DNA of 64,000 bases from Epithemia pelagica (Eukaryota > Protista > Bacillariophyta). The position numbers were made by a program, and so were the translations under genes. A model generated the notes under the pieces. That model did no database searches. It saw only the letters and a program-made list of their open reading frames with translations, and was not told the origin of the DNA. The stretch's first letter is position 1, and every line of letters begins with the position of its first letter. This document shows, one piece after another, positions 25,019 to 37,250 of this stretch. The stretch is taken from assembly GCA_946965045.2 (NCBI GenBank), contig OX337230.1, positions 930,001-994,000 of the forward strand. The letters are read 5' to 3'.

Positions 25019-28000
25019 CCATACGACTCGGCACTTTATGCGTACGGAAATTCTACAATCAAAGATCGCACCAGTCGCGCAGTGGATCCACGACTCAAAA
25101 CAGCAGGACTCAGGACTGTCTGTCGCATCGCATGTCCGTCGTCCGAAATTGAAGTGACAGTCTCCACGTGTAGACCTTCTCCTCGGATTGCTATCCTACC
25201 TATGTCGGCCGTGAAAGGTCCATCGATCTCCATCGAGTCCCTCACTCCTAGGTAACCTGTTACAAGTCCTTCCGTCTTCAGCACCCCTATCATGGCCAAT
25301 GGCCAGTGTCATGGATCCTTTCTTGTTTCGGAGCATCGTACCTGCTCTCACAATCAATAATAAACGATTTCCAACGACACGTTGGAGTGAGACGGACGAG
25401 GAGTGTTACCTACCGACTTAGATGGAGACTTCTGTTTCCTCAGACGGGATACGTACCAGGAGGGTTGACCGAACGCAGGCGTACTTGTCCTTCACTCTTT
25501 TGCATTGACTGGGCTTTCGTAGAGCAACGACCATGAATGCAACTCTCTATCTGCTCACAGAATTCCCATCGATAGTGCATCCTCTCTAGAGGGGTAGTTT
25601 GAATGACGATATGTTTCGTATTCTCTCTTGGATTGCCAGGTCCGTGCGTTTGACCTATACACCAAACAAGAAAAAGAAGACGGCTTCTTCTCGACTGTTT
25701 CGGTTTAATCAAGTGTTCGTCCACTGTTCCTGTTTAATCAAGTGTTCGTCCATGATCTTGGTGGTAACACTTTGACACAGTAGTTGGTGAAACTCACCAA
25801 CATTTCGTATTCTCATCAAGCTTGGAGGAGGCTTTATTCTTTACTCTCGATTCAACTGTACTATGCTTGGTGGAGCCTTTCTTTTAGTACAGAAATACAC
25901 GCAAGTCGAAAGTGTTTGGGCCATGGACCATGGACTTCACGGTTTGACATGATGTAGTACTCTCTTCCCGCCAGCGGCATTTGTGGGACAGTCCTGCCCT
26001 TCGTGCCAGCCCCTTGGTAACCGGAGAATGTAGTCTATTGCTGTGGTCCTTGCCGCGATGATCCATGTGGTGCAGTAGGTACCAATGGTTGTAGTCTACT
26101 AAATACAAGAGGCCTTCCGTATCCATCCCCCCTTGAATGGGACCGCCATTCATGTATGGCGAGTCCAATCACCAGCCATCAACAACATGAGTCATCGCTT
26201 GCAGCGAGTTAAAACGGCGTTCGGGATGAGAAAGTCTACGACTAGCCAGAGAAAGTATCATGCACAACCCACAGTGGCACGTTCTTCGATACCAGGATAG
26301 GATGATGATTCATGATTGATCCTTCTAGCTGTGGACATGGCCCTGTTCTTGTCCTTGAAACCGGTTTTGAAAATACTGGGATTGATCCTTGTCTTTCCTT
26401 TCTTTCTGCATCGCTGTCCCCATCTGTCTCATCCTTCATAAAATATTGTGAAGAGCTTCGCTTGGTTTCTCGGTTTCATGGATTTGTCATGCACTTTTCC
26501 ACAATGTCGCGGTGCGATTGAAAACTGCAAGAAACCTTGGATCAGAGGTTCGCGACACTGGTCGTCGTACAATGTACATTACAATAAGAAGTATAAGTAC
26601 AACATAATTCAGCAGCGACTGCATCTGAACTTTCGCTTCCGAGCGCGAGGCGGCATGATCCTATTCATCCACACAAACTATTCAACGTGAAAGTAACGTG
26701 CTTTCCTATTTCTGATTTCTGTATCTACCAAAGTCACAGAGAACAAAAAGAAGTAGCAAAAGAGTTGAAGCTAGAAGCTTATGAGTTATCTACAAACTGC
26801 GTGTGAAACCAGACTTGTTGCTCACGTTGGTAGATGAATCTTATGTAAATCATAAACGCAAAGAAATGGTTCAAGTTTTGTTGTTGTCGTAGAGCGTCTA
26901 GAGACATACAATGTTGATATGAAAGAGCTCCAGAGCATGATGATCCGATTTGTTCGCAAGCTCATTCGAGTCTTCGGTGCATGGAGGGGACAGAAAACCC
27001 AAAGCCACAAATCTGATACACACCTCAAGTAGTATTCATTACAATTACACAACAGTGACAGTGGATCCCTCTTGCTACTAAAGTTGGAAAGACAAAGCGC
27101 TTCGTGGTGTAATTCAAGAGGGCCATTAGGCCCAGGCAGACATGCTGAACTGCGGAGGACGGATACGTGGAGGAGGTCGCTCCATAGTTGCGATCTGGTC
27201 CATGAACAATACAAATGTACTATATCTTTCACGAATAGTACAACACATACAGATCTCACTGAGTCTTCGCGACCTCCGTGTCATTTCATGCAGTACAGAC
27301 ATTGAGCATCGGAACCTAATTGCATATCCAATGCGCACAGTCGGAGATAACGACGACAAACTGATTCTGCAGAGTCGAGAGAAAAAGGAAAACTCAGCTT
27401 GGCGATTTCCAAGCACAAACCATCTTTGTACAGACGCAGAAGTCTGATGGCACCAGTATCAATGTATGAAGAGCGTCGGAGTGAGTTGAAACGGTTATGG
27501 ATGCTCAATGACTCGAGACTTACCTTCTTTCTGATCTTTGGCCATGGCGGGATGGCAGTGAGTTGAGAATCGGTTATGAATATGATCGGTCGCGAATATT
27601 GTCCTTTCATCTTGAGAGGTCTTTGTTTTTATCCTGGGTTTTCACGGGTCGAAATTCCCGAAATTGGGTGCGCCTTGGCCTTGGCCCTTGACCCTTGACA
27701 GTTGTTGGTTTCAAAGGGTTTTCGTCGCGTTGTTTGGTTCATGCAATTTTCTCGACCTCCAAAACGGCGTGAGCGATTGAAAATTCCGATAGAGGGTTCT
27801 TATCCCCGCGACTGTCAAATAATAAATAATAATAGTAGTGCTACTCGTACTCGTACCTTTGTTGTATTCTTCGCCGCCCTACCATTACTCGTATTTTAAG
27901 TGTTACCAATGAAGTCTGAGTTAATGTACTTGAAGAAAAAAGTGGCAGAAAAGTGATGGGCAATTCTTGAACTATGGTAGTGGTAGGGAACATCATGCAT

Positions 28001-28724
28001 GAAGGTCACCTTTCCCCGACGGTCACTTAGTTTCGAATCACTCATACCTATAGGTACTCATTCTTCAGATAACACAGCGTCACGCCGAGGAGGATACAAA
28101 TACGAGTAGGAGTAATGAAAGATGGCAAGGACTTCGGAACATATTATTCGCTACCAATTCCGATTCATCAGTTCTGATCTCGCGAAACACTTTGGGTAGT
28201 GGTCTGACAATGAATTAACAATATTAATTAAATAACATTTTCTGATTACGAGGGCCTTTGGTTCCTTCCCAAGCTCCCACCTCCTTGCCCCGTTAGGCGA
28301 GGATATTCTCCTTTGGCAATTTTGTCAACGATTTGACCAAGAGAGTAAACTTAGAATGTAGACGAGGTTGAATTAATATAAGATTCCATCAATCCACAGA
28401 GATACTCTGCTTCATGTCGTGGGGGGAAGTGGGGTCACCCTCCTTCCACACGGAGGTCGCAGTCTTTATGTCCAAAGAAAGCGGAGACCGCCTTCAAATG
28501 ATCCGATTCCAAGAACGTATACGGGATTCCCGTTGTTCCTCCCTTGATTCCCCCCTGGCCTGATCAGGTAGCACCATACAATCAGCCCATGGAGGGAAGG
28601 AGGCGGTCAACTCACATAGAACTAGAAACCAGAGTCACTGAAGCAGGAGTTTGAGCCTTGCCCTGTCGGCATCAAAGTATCCTGTTGGTCTCTGTACCCC
28701 CCACTAAGAATCTCGCTCGTTCTT

Positions 28725-30323
28725 TCACATCTTCTGAGTGTAGCGTAGGAAAGGGGCGAGCAGCAACGTTGGGTCCTTGTATGTCTGGTCCATCGTTCCT
28801 CCCTCTTTCCTGGTGCCTGACGATTCTTTGACCCGCCAACGATTCACTATTTCTGTGTCCGGAATAGATACATTCATTTCCTTGGCTCGGGTATTGGAAC
28901 CTCTTCGGAAGGACCTGAAGTTCGCGTACTTGTTGACAATGTCTTCCTCGTCCCCTATTGCATGCGATGGAAAGAGGAGGGGGCTTTGGTTCCACACTCT
29001 CACAAGATGATGATGGAAGATTTCATCTAGTTCTCGTGACGAAATCTTGTTTCCATCTCGATGAACCATTAATGGACCTTTGTGTTTCCCGCTGTCTTGA
29101 GCTAAGGCAACAGCTCGTCGTATCCATTTTCGAACTGGAAGCCCGCTTCCCGTAACATCGCAGCAAGGTAGCAAGTGGGATCGTTCAGCATAATCCCCTT
29201 TGAACTGGCCCCACAAAGCTATCACCACACAGCTTGCCCGATGCCTCAGTGAGTCGCCGTGTTTCAGCAGGCCCCCGAGGTCCAATAGAAATCCTTCAGG
29301 TCCCCGTAAGGATAGGGCGAAAGCCACCACGAAGAAAGTGGCTGCCATGACTTGGGTATATTGCCACTCCAAAGACTGAGTTTCCACAATGGATTCTTCA
29401 ATTGATCGTAGGACGGCTATCAATAGATCGGGAGTGATTGCCTGGTCAGGCCTCCAATCCTGGCCCATTCGTCTTTTCAGGCCTTCTGCAAACCTCGAAA
29501 ACCATAGAGATCCGCTCTCGTCACATCCAATCCTGTTGGCGGTTTTCCCATTATTGTCGACAAGAACCAGTTATGCAGATCCTGCCAATGTAGAGGGAGT
29601 TGTCCTTACAAAATTGGAGTAAGCAGCCCGCATGCGTCTGACAGAGTCAAATTGTTTGTGGCTCTTGTGATATTTGCCTGGATCCCGAGAATCATCCAGC
29701 ATCAAAAAGGCGATGTGATATCCGCAGTGGTCATGGGCGGGAAAAGGACTTTGTCGGACGAATGGTCCATCCGGAATTCCCACCTTGGCAGACCTTTCCA
29801 TCATCCTTTTTACCAAGTTGTTGTTTTGTTTTACCGTACTAGGAGCTCTGCTCCAGAAGGCGTCCAAGTTCATTCTGCGTATACAGAGCATCAAATAGTT
29901 GTCTTTCACATTCGCGTCGTCAGGATTCTGTCCTCGAAGCTTCCGAAAAATGCAATAGTCACACTCAAATGGAGTAATTAGGTGGTCCCCTTTTCTTGCT
30001 CGCATGAAATCGTCGGCTCTGTCTCTTGACTGTTGTTTCCAGCTCTCGGCAACTAAACGGTCCTCATCATCCTGTCCATACCTCGAATTCTGACTGGCGA
30101 CATAAAATCCATCATCTTCTTTCAAAAAATAACACTCTGGACACCATGCTTTCTGACATGGTGGCCAGCTTCCAACACTGAATACAAAGTTTCCGCAAAA
30201 GATCCTGTCCACCCACTTCGTCGTTTTTCCACACTGGTCGCAATTTCCTTTCCATTGCGAACATTTTAGGGGTTCCCCTGAGTTGCCAGGGTTTCGATCT
30301 GAGAAACGGAAAAGCAAAACCAA
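28725..30323 (-). pseudogene. Tyrosine recombinase ORF of the retrotransposon; in-frame TAA at 29571-29573
   Basis: ORFs 29571-30323 and 28725-29468 are in frame. Catalytic-like motifs: LRGPEG (first Arg), RSFRRG (HxxR-like) and C-terminal MDQTY (Tyr). The Cys-rich N-terminus overlaps the RNase H/MT ORF at 30112-30323, as is typical of DIRS elements. Confidence 0.8.
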
Positions 30324-31330
30324 CGATTAGAGGTTCATAGTTCTCACGTGGCCAAAACGACGTTCCCGCGGGTATTTCAATCACGAGGTCACAGGCCTTG
30401 TGAATCAATCGGTACCATCGCGGCGTCATCAAACGATGACACAATAATATGTGAGTTGACTTTTGTCGCTTGTATCTAACTTTCCGAAGCTCCTCTAAGG
30501 CGGCATCCGCTGCGCCTGCTGGAGGGCTCCAAACAAAGTGTCCTGGCCTCAAGATCGGCAGGGACAGTTTGTTGTATTCTGAGGGCATAGACCAGCCCCG
30601 AATATCATGTGCCGTGGTGTACCAGTCCATGGGGGTGAGCCATTCCGTCTTCGGCCCCAGCCAGGACTTAACCCATCCTATAAGGGAATCCGACATTTGA
30701 ATGGGAGTTTTGTACAAGGGGATAAATGACAACATGGGTTGGCCTGCCATGACTCCCTCATTTAGCTGCCCTCTTGAGATGCCGTCCACGCCCCAAGCGA
30801 TCATCCTTTTTCCGGATACGTGGGAGATGTGGAGTCTTAAAGCATAAGACATCTCCAGCCTTCTTAACCGAATCACCAGTTCTAGGAGTTTCGGGCTTGA
30901 CGATGACCCTTTATAGAAGCAACGTTCTACCGTCGAGTTGTCTGTAAAGAAGAAAACTTCGGAAGACTTGAGAGTCCCTTTCCTGGCCTCTTCTTCCAAT
31001 GCTTCCACACAATTGGTGAATTCTCGCCAATTCGAGGATTCACCAACCACAACGTCTGCATCCCAGACACCAATCCTGTACGACAGGCCCTTTTGAGGCA
31101 ACTGGATCGCTGACCCAAACCCCGCTCCGGATGCATCTCCCGAGCCATATAAAGCGATGAATATCGTTTCGCATCGCACCTTGATGTTGGGAGGGGAATC
31201 AGAGTCAAACAAAGCCATTAAGGCTGCTACATCGGACTTGAGTCTCGGCACACCTCTTATTTGAGCAGGAGGTTTTTGATCCGCACGAGCAAGAGTCTTC
31301 TTTCCCTTGTCCTCACATCGTCGTCCTCTT
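30112..31330 (-). pseudogene. RNase H plus DIRS-type N6-adenine-methyltransferase-like domain
   Basis: RNase H acidic residues in GDASGAGFG, SNWRE, FTDNS and GVDGISRG. Downstream FVWSPPAGAADAALEELRK...THILLC.RLMTPRW resembles the xPP motif region of the DIRS MT domain. Confidence 0.75.
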
Positions 31331-32650
31331 CAAAGCCGCATAGAGTGTCGTATTCTCGAGCATCAAGCTTGTGTTGTAGCTCCGTCACCCATTCCCTAGC
31401 GGATAGCTTCCAACCTTCTTTATTCCGTCCTCCTCTCCAAAGATTCATGGACAGATAGAATCCTTTGAGGAACGGCATCATACAAGAGTAGGTCATGGCC
31501 AAGTGCACCAAGAAACCAACGTCCCGCTGCATTTGCTTGTGAGAAAAGGACGGTGACTCCGAGTGAAGGTATGCATCTTGGTAGGCTTTGATGATGGATT
31601 TTCCCTTGTCCCACTTGGCTTGAGTTACCGTCTTCGACACCGCTGTTTCCGAAATGTGTTGGACGGAACCAGCCCATGCTCCTGGCGTCTTAGAGGGCAG
31701 GCGTCGTTTTCTAGGGGCATCTTGAAATCCGAAATATTGTTATCTAGAAGCCAGACGACGTCCCACTTGCCACGTATTCTCTGCCGTAGAGCCAACAATC
31801 CGTATATCGTCCATGTACGTTACCGAGTCGCCTGCTATTGCGTTGGTTCGGGTGTTCCACTTCATCACCCAAGGCCTAACGGGCGAATAGTCAGGTGATC
31901 CTGGAATATTGAATCGGACTTCGTCAAATCCGCACGGGCTCAATAGATCATGAGGAGAACCACGAGCGACCTCTTCCGCCAAGTAAAATTGTTCGACCGC
32001 GTGAAATGGGCTAGGTAGCATACCCATGAACAAGCGATTCCATCGCACCTTATCCGAAGAACAAGAAGCTAACACGTCGATGGGGAAGAGGTCTTGGATT
32101 GGGCGTAGATCCACTCCAGCGTAGGGACGGAGGTTGTGGTCCATGGGGAAGTCGAGAAACATTTCCCCCAGGTCCATATCTCCACAGTACGAAGCCGTAG
32201 TGAGCAAACGAAGCGAAGTTTCTGCAGTTGGGAGCCAGAAGCTAGGGGCCCAAAGGGAGTCGTTTAGCCCGGAACTGGTCCCATTATAGACCATTCGTAT
32301 GTCCGTGTCCCCTTTGGGGACGTCAAAATAGTCAGTGAGACTAAGAATGGAGGCATCAGTGTCGAAGTATCCCCGCGAAAGAACTTTGGCCAGTTTGGCC
32401 GCTACCCGTGGGCGCGAGTCCGCCGCGGGTACTCGTTGCGGGCGATTGTTGTGAGGCAATGGAGCGGTCACATGAATGGGTGTGCCGTACCAGGCCTCCC
32501 GTTGTTGCTGGAGGCCATTCCACCGCCAAAAGATAAGGGATGAGCCGTGATCCCAGTCCCACCAGGAGGCCGCCAGAAGCTGAGAAAGCACGGAGCGGCC
32601 CGCAACACAAACCTCCGAGAGAGAAAAAGAATCTCCCCCCCCCCCCCCCC
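31330..32650 (-). pseudogene. Reverse transcriptase domain; in-frame TAA at 31740-31742
   Basis: YFDVPKG..IRMVYNGT, DMDLGEMFLDFP, FMGMLPSP and YMDD (31806-31817). The frame continues past the stop as QYFGFQDAPRKRR...GAWAG into ORF 31257-31640. Confidence 0.85.
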
Positions 32651-33084
32651 CCCTCTGTGCTGCCGCGCCTGAGGAAGGAGCGACAGCCAATTAGACCCAA
32701 ACCGACTACAAAGATAACCAATGAAGCTCCGGTACAAAGAACGACGCCACCAGCGCAACCCTAGGGCTCGAAATCCAGCAAGGGCTCCATCGGTCATCCA
32801 TGGAAAAAGCCCCCGAATCCGACCGTCCCACAGGGAATAGGGAGCTTCTGCGTCGTCGGCCTTGGTTGCCTTGGCAGCAATGAGAGAGTCATCTAACCAG
32901 GCCGAGTGCGGAAGGAAAGCCTGCAACGCCGCAAACCAAGTGCCCAATTTGCCGTCCCGGGTGGCCGCAGCGACTGGTGGAGACGGTCGCGGTCGTTTAG
33001 GCGACGGCGGAGAGTGTGGAGGAGGGCCCTCTCGTTTTTCACCCGCACGATCAGAATGGTGCACATACACCGGCTCCAGATGAG

Positions 33085-33830
33085 GGAGAGCGCTGCTCAA
33101 CACCGCCGACGGAATCTTGATGGGGACAAAACGTGCTCCCAACACGTGTTCACGCCACCACAAGTGGGCGGGCGACCCCGGCGTCAACCCCAACGGGAGA
33201 TCAAACGCCGAACCCAATTTGCCATCAGTGAGACATCGATAGCCCCAACCAGTCTTGAAAAAGGTGGTAGGGACCAGCACAGGACGTTGCAGATCGCGAA
33301 CGTACAACGAAGCATGTTGAGGGTAACAGGGCTTGGATGGTCCACTAGCCGAACAAGCACGAGGTTTCACTGAATGGTCAAGTACCGCAGCCAAAGTCCG
33401 GCGAACTTCGACAGTGAAATGCAAGGGTGGAAGTTTGCAGCGCCCGACATTGACACGCGCCGTGGTGACACCTCCACAGCTGCTGTGACCCACAGTAAGC
33501 CATTGCACGTCGTGGAGCATGGGACGTGTCTAGCCAGCCGGCAAGAGAAGCAGCACCGGCCAATCGGCAGGAATGGACGGCAGCATAGATCCCATGTAGC
33601 TCGGGTCACCTTCCAAAAGGACAAGGGAAATCAGACCACGGCCCAAGATAAAGCTGACGCTCGGCACCAAATGAAGCCTGGGTTCCAGACGTCGAGCAAC
33701 CGAATGCCAGAAAGGATTGCTCCGACACGCCTCGTAGTCGCTAGCCAACATGTAAATCCCACTCCAGTCCCCGCTGTTAAGGGCCAGTCCCCAATACCAA
33801 GTGCTTTGTCCCAGTAGTAGACAAGACACA
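33085..33830 (-). other. Degenerate C5 cytosine DNA methyltransferase-like domain in the pre-RT part of pol; in-frame TAG at 33530-33532
   Basis: ORFs 33530-33874 and 32468-33520 are one frame. By-eye matches in canonical order: I (LLGQSTWYWGLALNSG), IV (LVLLEGDPSY), VI position (WPVLLL), VIII (WLTVGHSSCGGVTTARVNVG), IX (RCLTDGKLGSAFDLP) and X (FVPIKIPSAVLSSAL). Confidence 0.5.
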
Positions 33831-34030
33831 TCAGCACGAAACGTTTTAGTGCCGCGGTCAACCATGCGGCGCACGCAACGGCGGACAGAGACTTCACAAG
33901 GAGGGTGAGGGCGACATCGTGGTTTCGATCGAACCTCATCAGAACTAAGAGTAGAAACCTCGCTATGAGCATCTAAATCAGAGTTGACAGAATCAGAAAT
34001 TGTCGTGTCTAATTTAGATGCTCCAGGATG

Positions 34031-36483
34031 TCAATCGGTGTTGTTGTTGTTGTTTCCACGACGCTTCGCCTTCTTTCGTTCATTCACGTCTTTCTTCACC
34101 GAATCGACCGTGCTATTGGCAGTATCAGCTGCCTTCTTTGCAGCTTGGCAATCCTTGGCCGTGGACTGCATTGAATGCTTCAAGGAATCGACCTTATCCT
34201 CCAACGTTTTCAAAGACTCGAAACCCGAGTTAGTCGAGAGAAACCTGATGTACTCGCTTGAGACGGATGGGTGGTTCTTGAACCGAGCCGTCGAATATTC
34301 CGCCATCACGTCATGGGTTTGTAGAACTCAATAAAGTATCCAAGCACATTGCGCACCTTGGTCGGACGTAGAGATCGAAGAATACACTTGAGCCCTGACT
34401 TTGTAGAGGTCGGCCAGAAAACGACGGATCACCTGGGTTACCAAACTGAATGCTTTGCGCGTTGTGAACTTTGATTTCATGGTCAGCTCATTCATAGTTT
34501 CGTCAAAATAATTGATGAGCTCGCGACAACACCCCAAGGAGACGGACAACATAGACATAGCAAGGGACCGTGCTTCAGGTTCTCCAGCCATGGTGATGGC
34601 AATTTGCTCGCCGAACATGGATTGCATGTTCCCCATCTTGTTGATAATTCTATCCCTGACTCCAGTTTCAGGGGTTTCCCATTCCTCATGGTCTTTCATG
34701 GCCGTAAGGAAAGAGGGGTCACGACCTGTCCCAGGGAGATCTTTATATAGGATCTGTGGGAACTCCAATTTCATTGCGTATAGTGCACGTGCTTTGTTAG
34801 TCGTAGCAATTTGCATTTTGTGACGCTTTTCCATGGACGTCAACATCGACAGCATGTCCCCGTGTTCCTGGGCGGCACACCATTCCAGAACCAAAGGCAA
34901 ATCAAATAACAGACCGTAGGCACGAGAGCCAAATTTCATAGATACCCAAGCCTTGCAATCATCGACCGTGGCCAAGCCAAGGTTTCCAAACTTGATCACC
35001 GTGGTGTCCATCTTGGATTTCAAACGCTGAAGTTCAACTTGACTGATCTGCAGAAGCCCCTTGAGTGCTTGAATTTCTGATTCCATTCTTGCCGTTTTAG
35101 CCAACAGATCCATCTGTTGTTGATGCGACAAACTGGAGGTCTGACTCGGCCCAGATAGTCCGAAGGTACTGTTGGTGCTTGGGTTTTGCCTGATGGAGGA
35201 GACCGATTGCTCCACAAAGGAGACACGAGAAATGAGACCTTGAAGTCCCTTTACAAGGTTTGAACGTAAAGAATCAATCGCAGTCTTCGAATCCGTGGCC
35301 AACGTTTGCACCTTTGCAGATGATTCCAGATGGAGAGCCTTGAAATGCGAAGTCATGTTGTTGATTTGCATCTCCAAATCATTTACCTTCGACTTGGTGA
35401 AAGATTCTAAGACCTGATAGGAACGCGCCCCAGAATCTTTAGCATTCGGCGGATCATTTCCCGTGATTGCGTTCGTGATGGCTTGCAGTACTCCCCAGAT
35501 GGTAGGTGCTTGAAAATCGTCTCCAATGTGTTCCCTCGGACCGATTTCCATATGAAGTTTTTCAATCTGCAATCCCAGGGCTTCCACGTTGTCAACTACT
35601 TCTTGTTTGGCTTTAGACTGATCGGATGAGATGGCACGAATCAGTTCTCCAGCTTCCATCATAGAGTCTTCTATTTCCCGTAGGACCATGGGAACCATAC
35701 TTGGATCTTCACAGATTTTGACCGTGACTTCTTGCAAATTTCCCCCCAAGATTTTTCTATGGGGTGGAAAGTTTTCGACCACAAAAGAAGGGTTGGTAGC
35801 CGTGAACCGTTTCGAAACCGTGTAAGGCGTAGTGGTTCCAGTAATCTCGGTTACTCGGGCTTCCGATTCTTCAAAGTTTGTGGATGCTCCCCCACCTTCC
35901 TTCTTGATGACAGCAAGGCGTTTAAGAGCTAGGAATTTCTGCATCCAGTCGTCAACCGTGTGTTTTTCTTGAAGTAGCTTACTCTTGAGGTCTGTAGGAA
36001 CAGAGTCAAGCGGAATGACGGGGGAGCAAAAGGCGGATGCGGAGTTCTTCATAATGAAGACTCCACCTGTCTGGGACAGTTCGAAGGGGGGCAAACCTGT
36101 TCCATGGTCCCCGGCTTTGGAGCACTAGGGGTCAATGCAAAAGGTGTTGCCCCCCCCCGCTTGATTCCCAAACAAAGGAACTTTTCCTGGGCAATCTCCT
36201 CGGACAAAACGGTGATTCCAAACTTACTTGTAGAAGCAAAGTCACCAAAACCCGAAAGATCCGTGCTTGTTTTCTTTGGAGTAGATGTCGATGTCGAAAG
36301 AGCCAAAGTGTCAGACGTGGTAGGCATGAATGAGATCTGACCAGTGTCCCCCCCTGGAGCCCCGGTGGAAAGAACCGGGGCCCCGGCCATTGCCGGAGTA
36401 GCGATGGACGCAGAAGCAACGAGAGAGGAGAGGAGAGAGTCCTCGTCCTCCGGAGGAGGAGGCTTGGAAGGAACAAACGACAT
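34031..36483 (-). pseudogene. Gag-like ORF1 of the retrotransposon
   Basis: The reading frame can be rebuilt across the G9 run (36150-36158) and the stops at 36125 and 34328. It has an N-terminal C-x-G...FC-x4-C-x4-H motif, coiled-coil segments and a C-terminal H.VM...F.NHPSVSSEYIRFL. It lies upstream of RT on the same strand. Confidence 0.65.
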
Positions 36484-37250
36484 GGTGAAAGAAGAAGAAC
36501 GAAAAGGAGAAGGAAAAGCCCAAAATACTCTCTTGAGATGGTGGAACGGTGCCAAAGGAGATCAGACCTTTGCCAAACGAACGCTTTAGTCTCAGAAGAG
36601 TGAGCTTGTTGCATCGTGGAATGAGGTGCAGCTTTGGCGGCGTGGATGGTGGAGATGGTACCTCTAGCTAGCTAGCGCAAATATATAGTATCGAATAAGA
36701 ATGAATGTGATCAAGTCTTGAATTATCCAGATTAGTGGTTTTGTCATGATCGCAGGGTATCTATGGGTGGTAGTGCATCAATGATCATGATAGCTTTTGC
36801 GTTCGTCCAGAAGCATCTTTGTTCTCGGCATCATTGCGCTAAAGGATCATCGAGGCCAAGCTCTCAAGGGACCATTACAAGCTACCTTACGAGCTACGAA
36901 TCATCGGGGTCGGAGTTCGGAGTCGGACCACTGCCAGCTGTCGGTTGCATCTTGCATCTTCTCTTCGCAAAGTGTGGGCGCTGGATGTAGTACAGTTTAC
37001 ACGACAGTCAACAATCAAGAAAACAGGACCATCACGATGCACAAGAATTCATACAGCTCCTTGAGTCTTGACTCTTGGCAGTTCGCAATTCGACTATTCA
37101 TTATTCAGTATTCGGAATGGTACTTTATAGTGATACAGTGACTATGAGGCTTATCAAAAACTCCTTGTCCCGATTTTACAACTTCTTCATGATGTTGCGG
37201 TGACTGTTTGCGTCAATTTCGTTGTTTTGTAGTTGGGCGTGGTCCTGCCA

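Larger units (their letters stand above)
28300..36600 (-). mobile_element. Decayed tyrosine-recombinase retrotransposon (DIRS/Ngaro-like): gag - C5-MTase-like - RT - RNase H - N6-MTase-like - YR
   Basis: Domain order and motifs are given in the sub-features. At least five in-frame stops (36125, 34328, 33530, 31740, 29571) and three frameshifts (~36154, ~32645, ~31330). Termini are not resolved and boundaries are approximate. Confidence 0.85.

Noticed and set aside
32635-32653. G19 run as a programmed slippage site joining the C5-like ORF to RT
   Set aside because: Long homopolymers are the most error-prone sites, the element has many other lesions, and the same -1 bias occurs across the window.
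18132-36127. RIP-like CpA-to-TpA signature suggested by several TAG stops
   Set aside because: TGG-to-TAG and CAG-to-TAG are the commonest nonsense changes anyway, other stops do not fit, and there is no consensus to count against.
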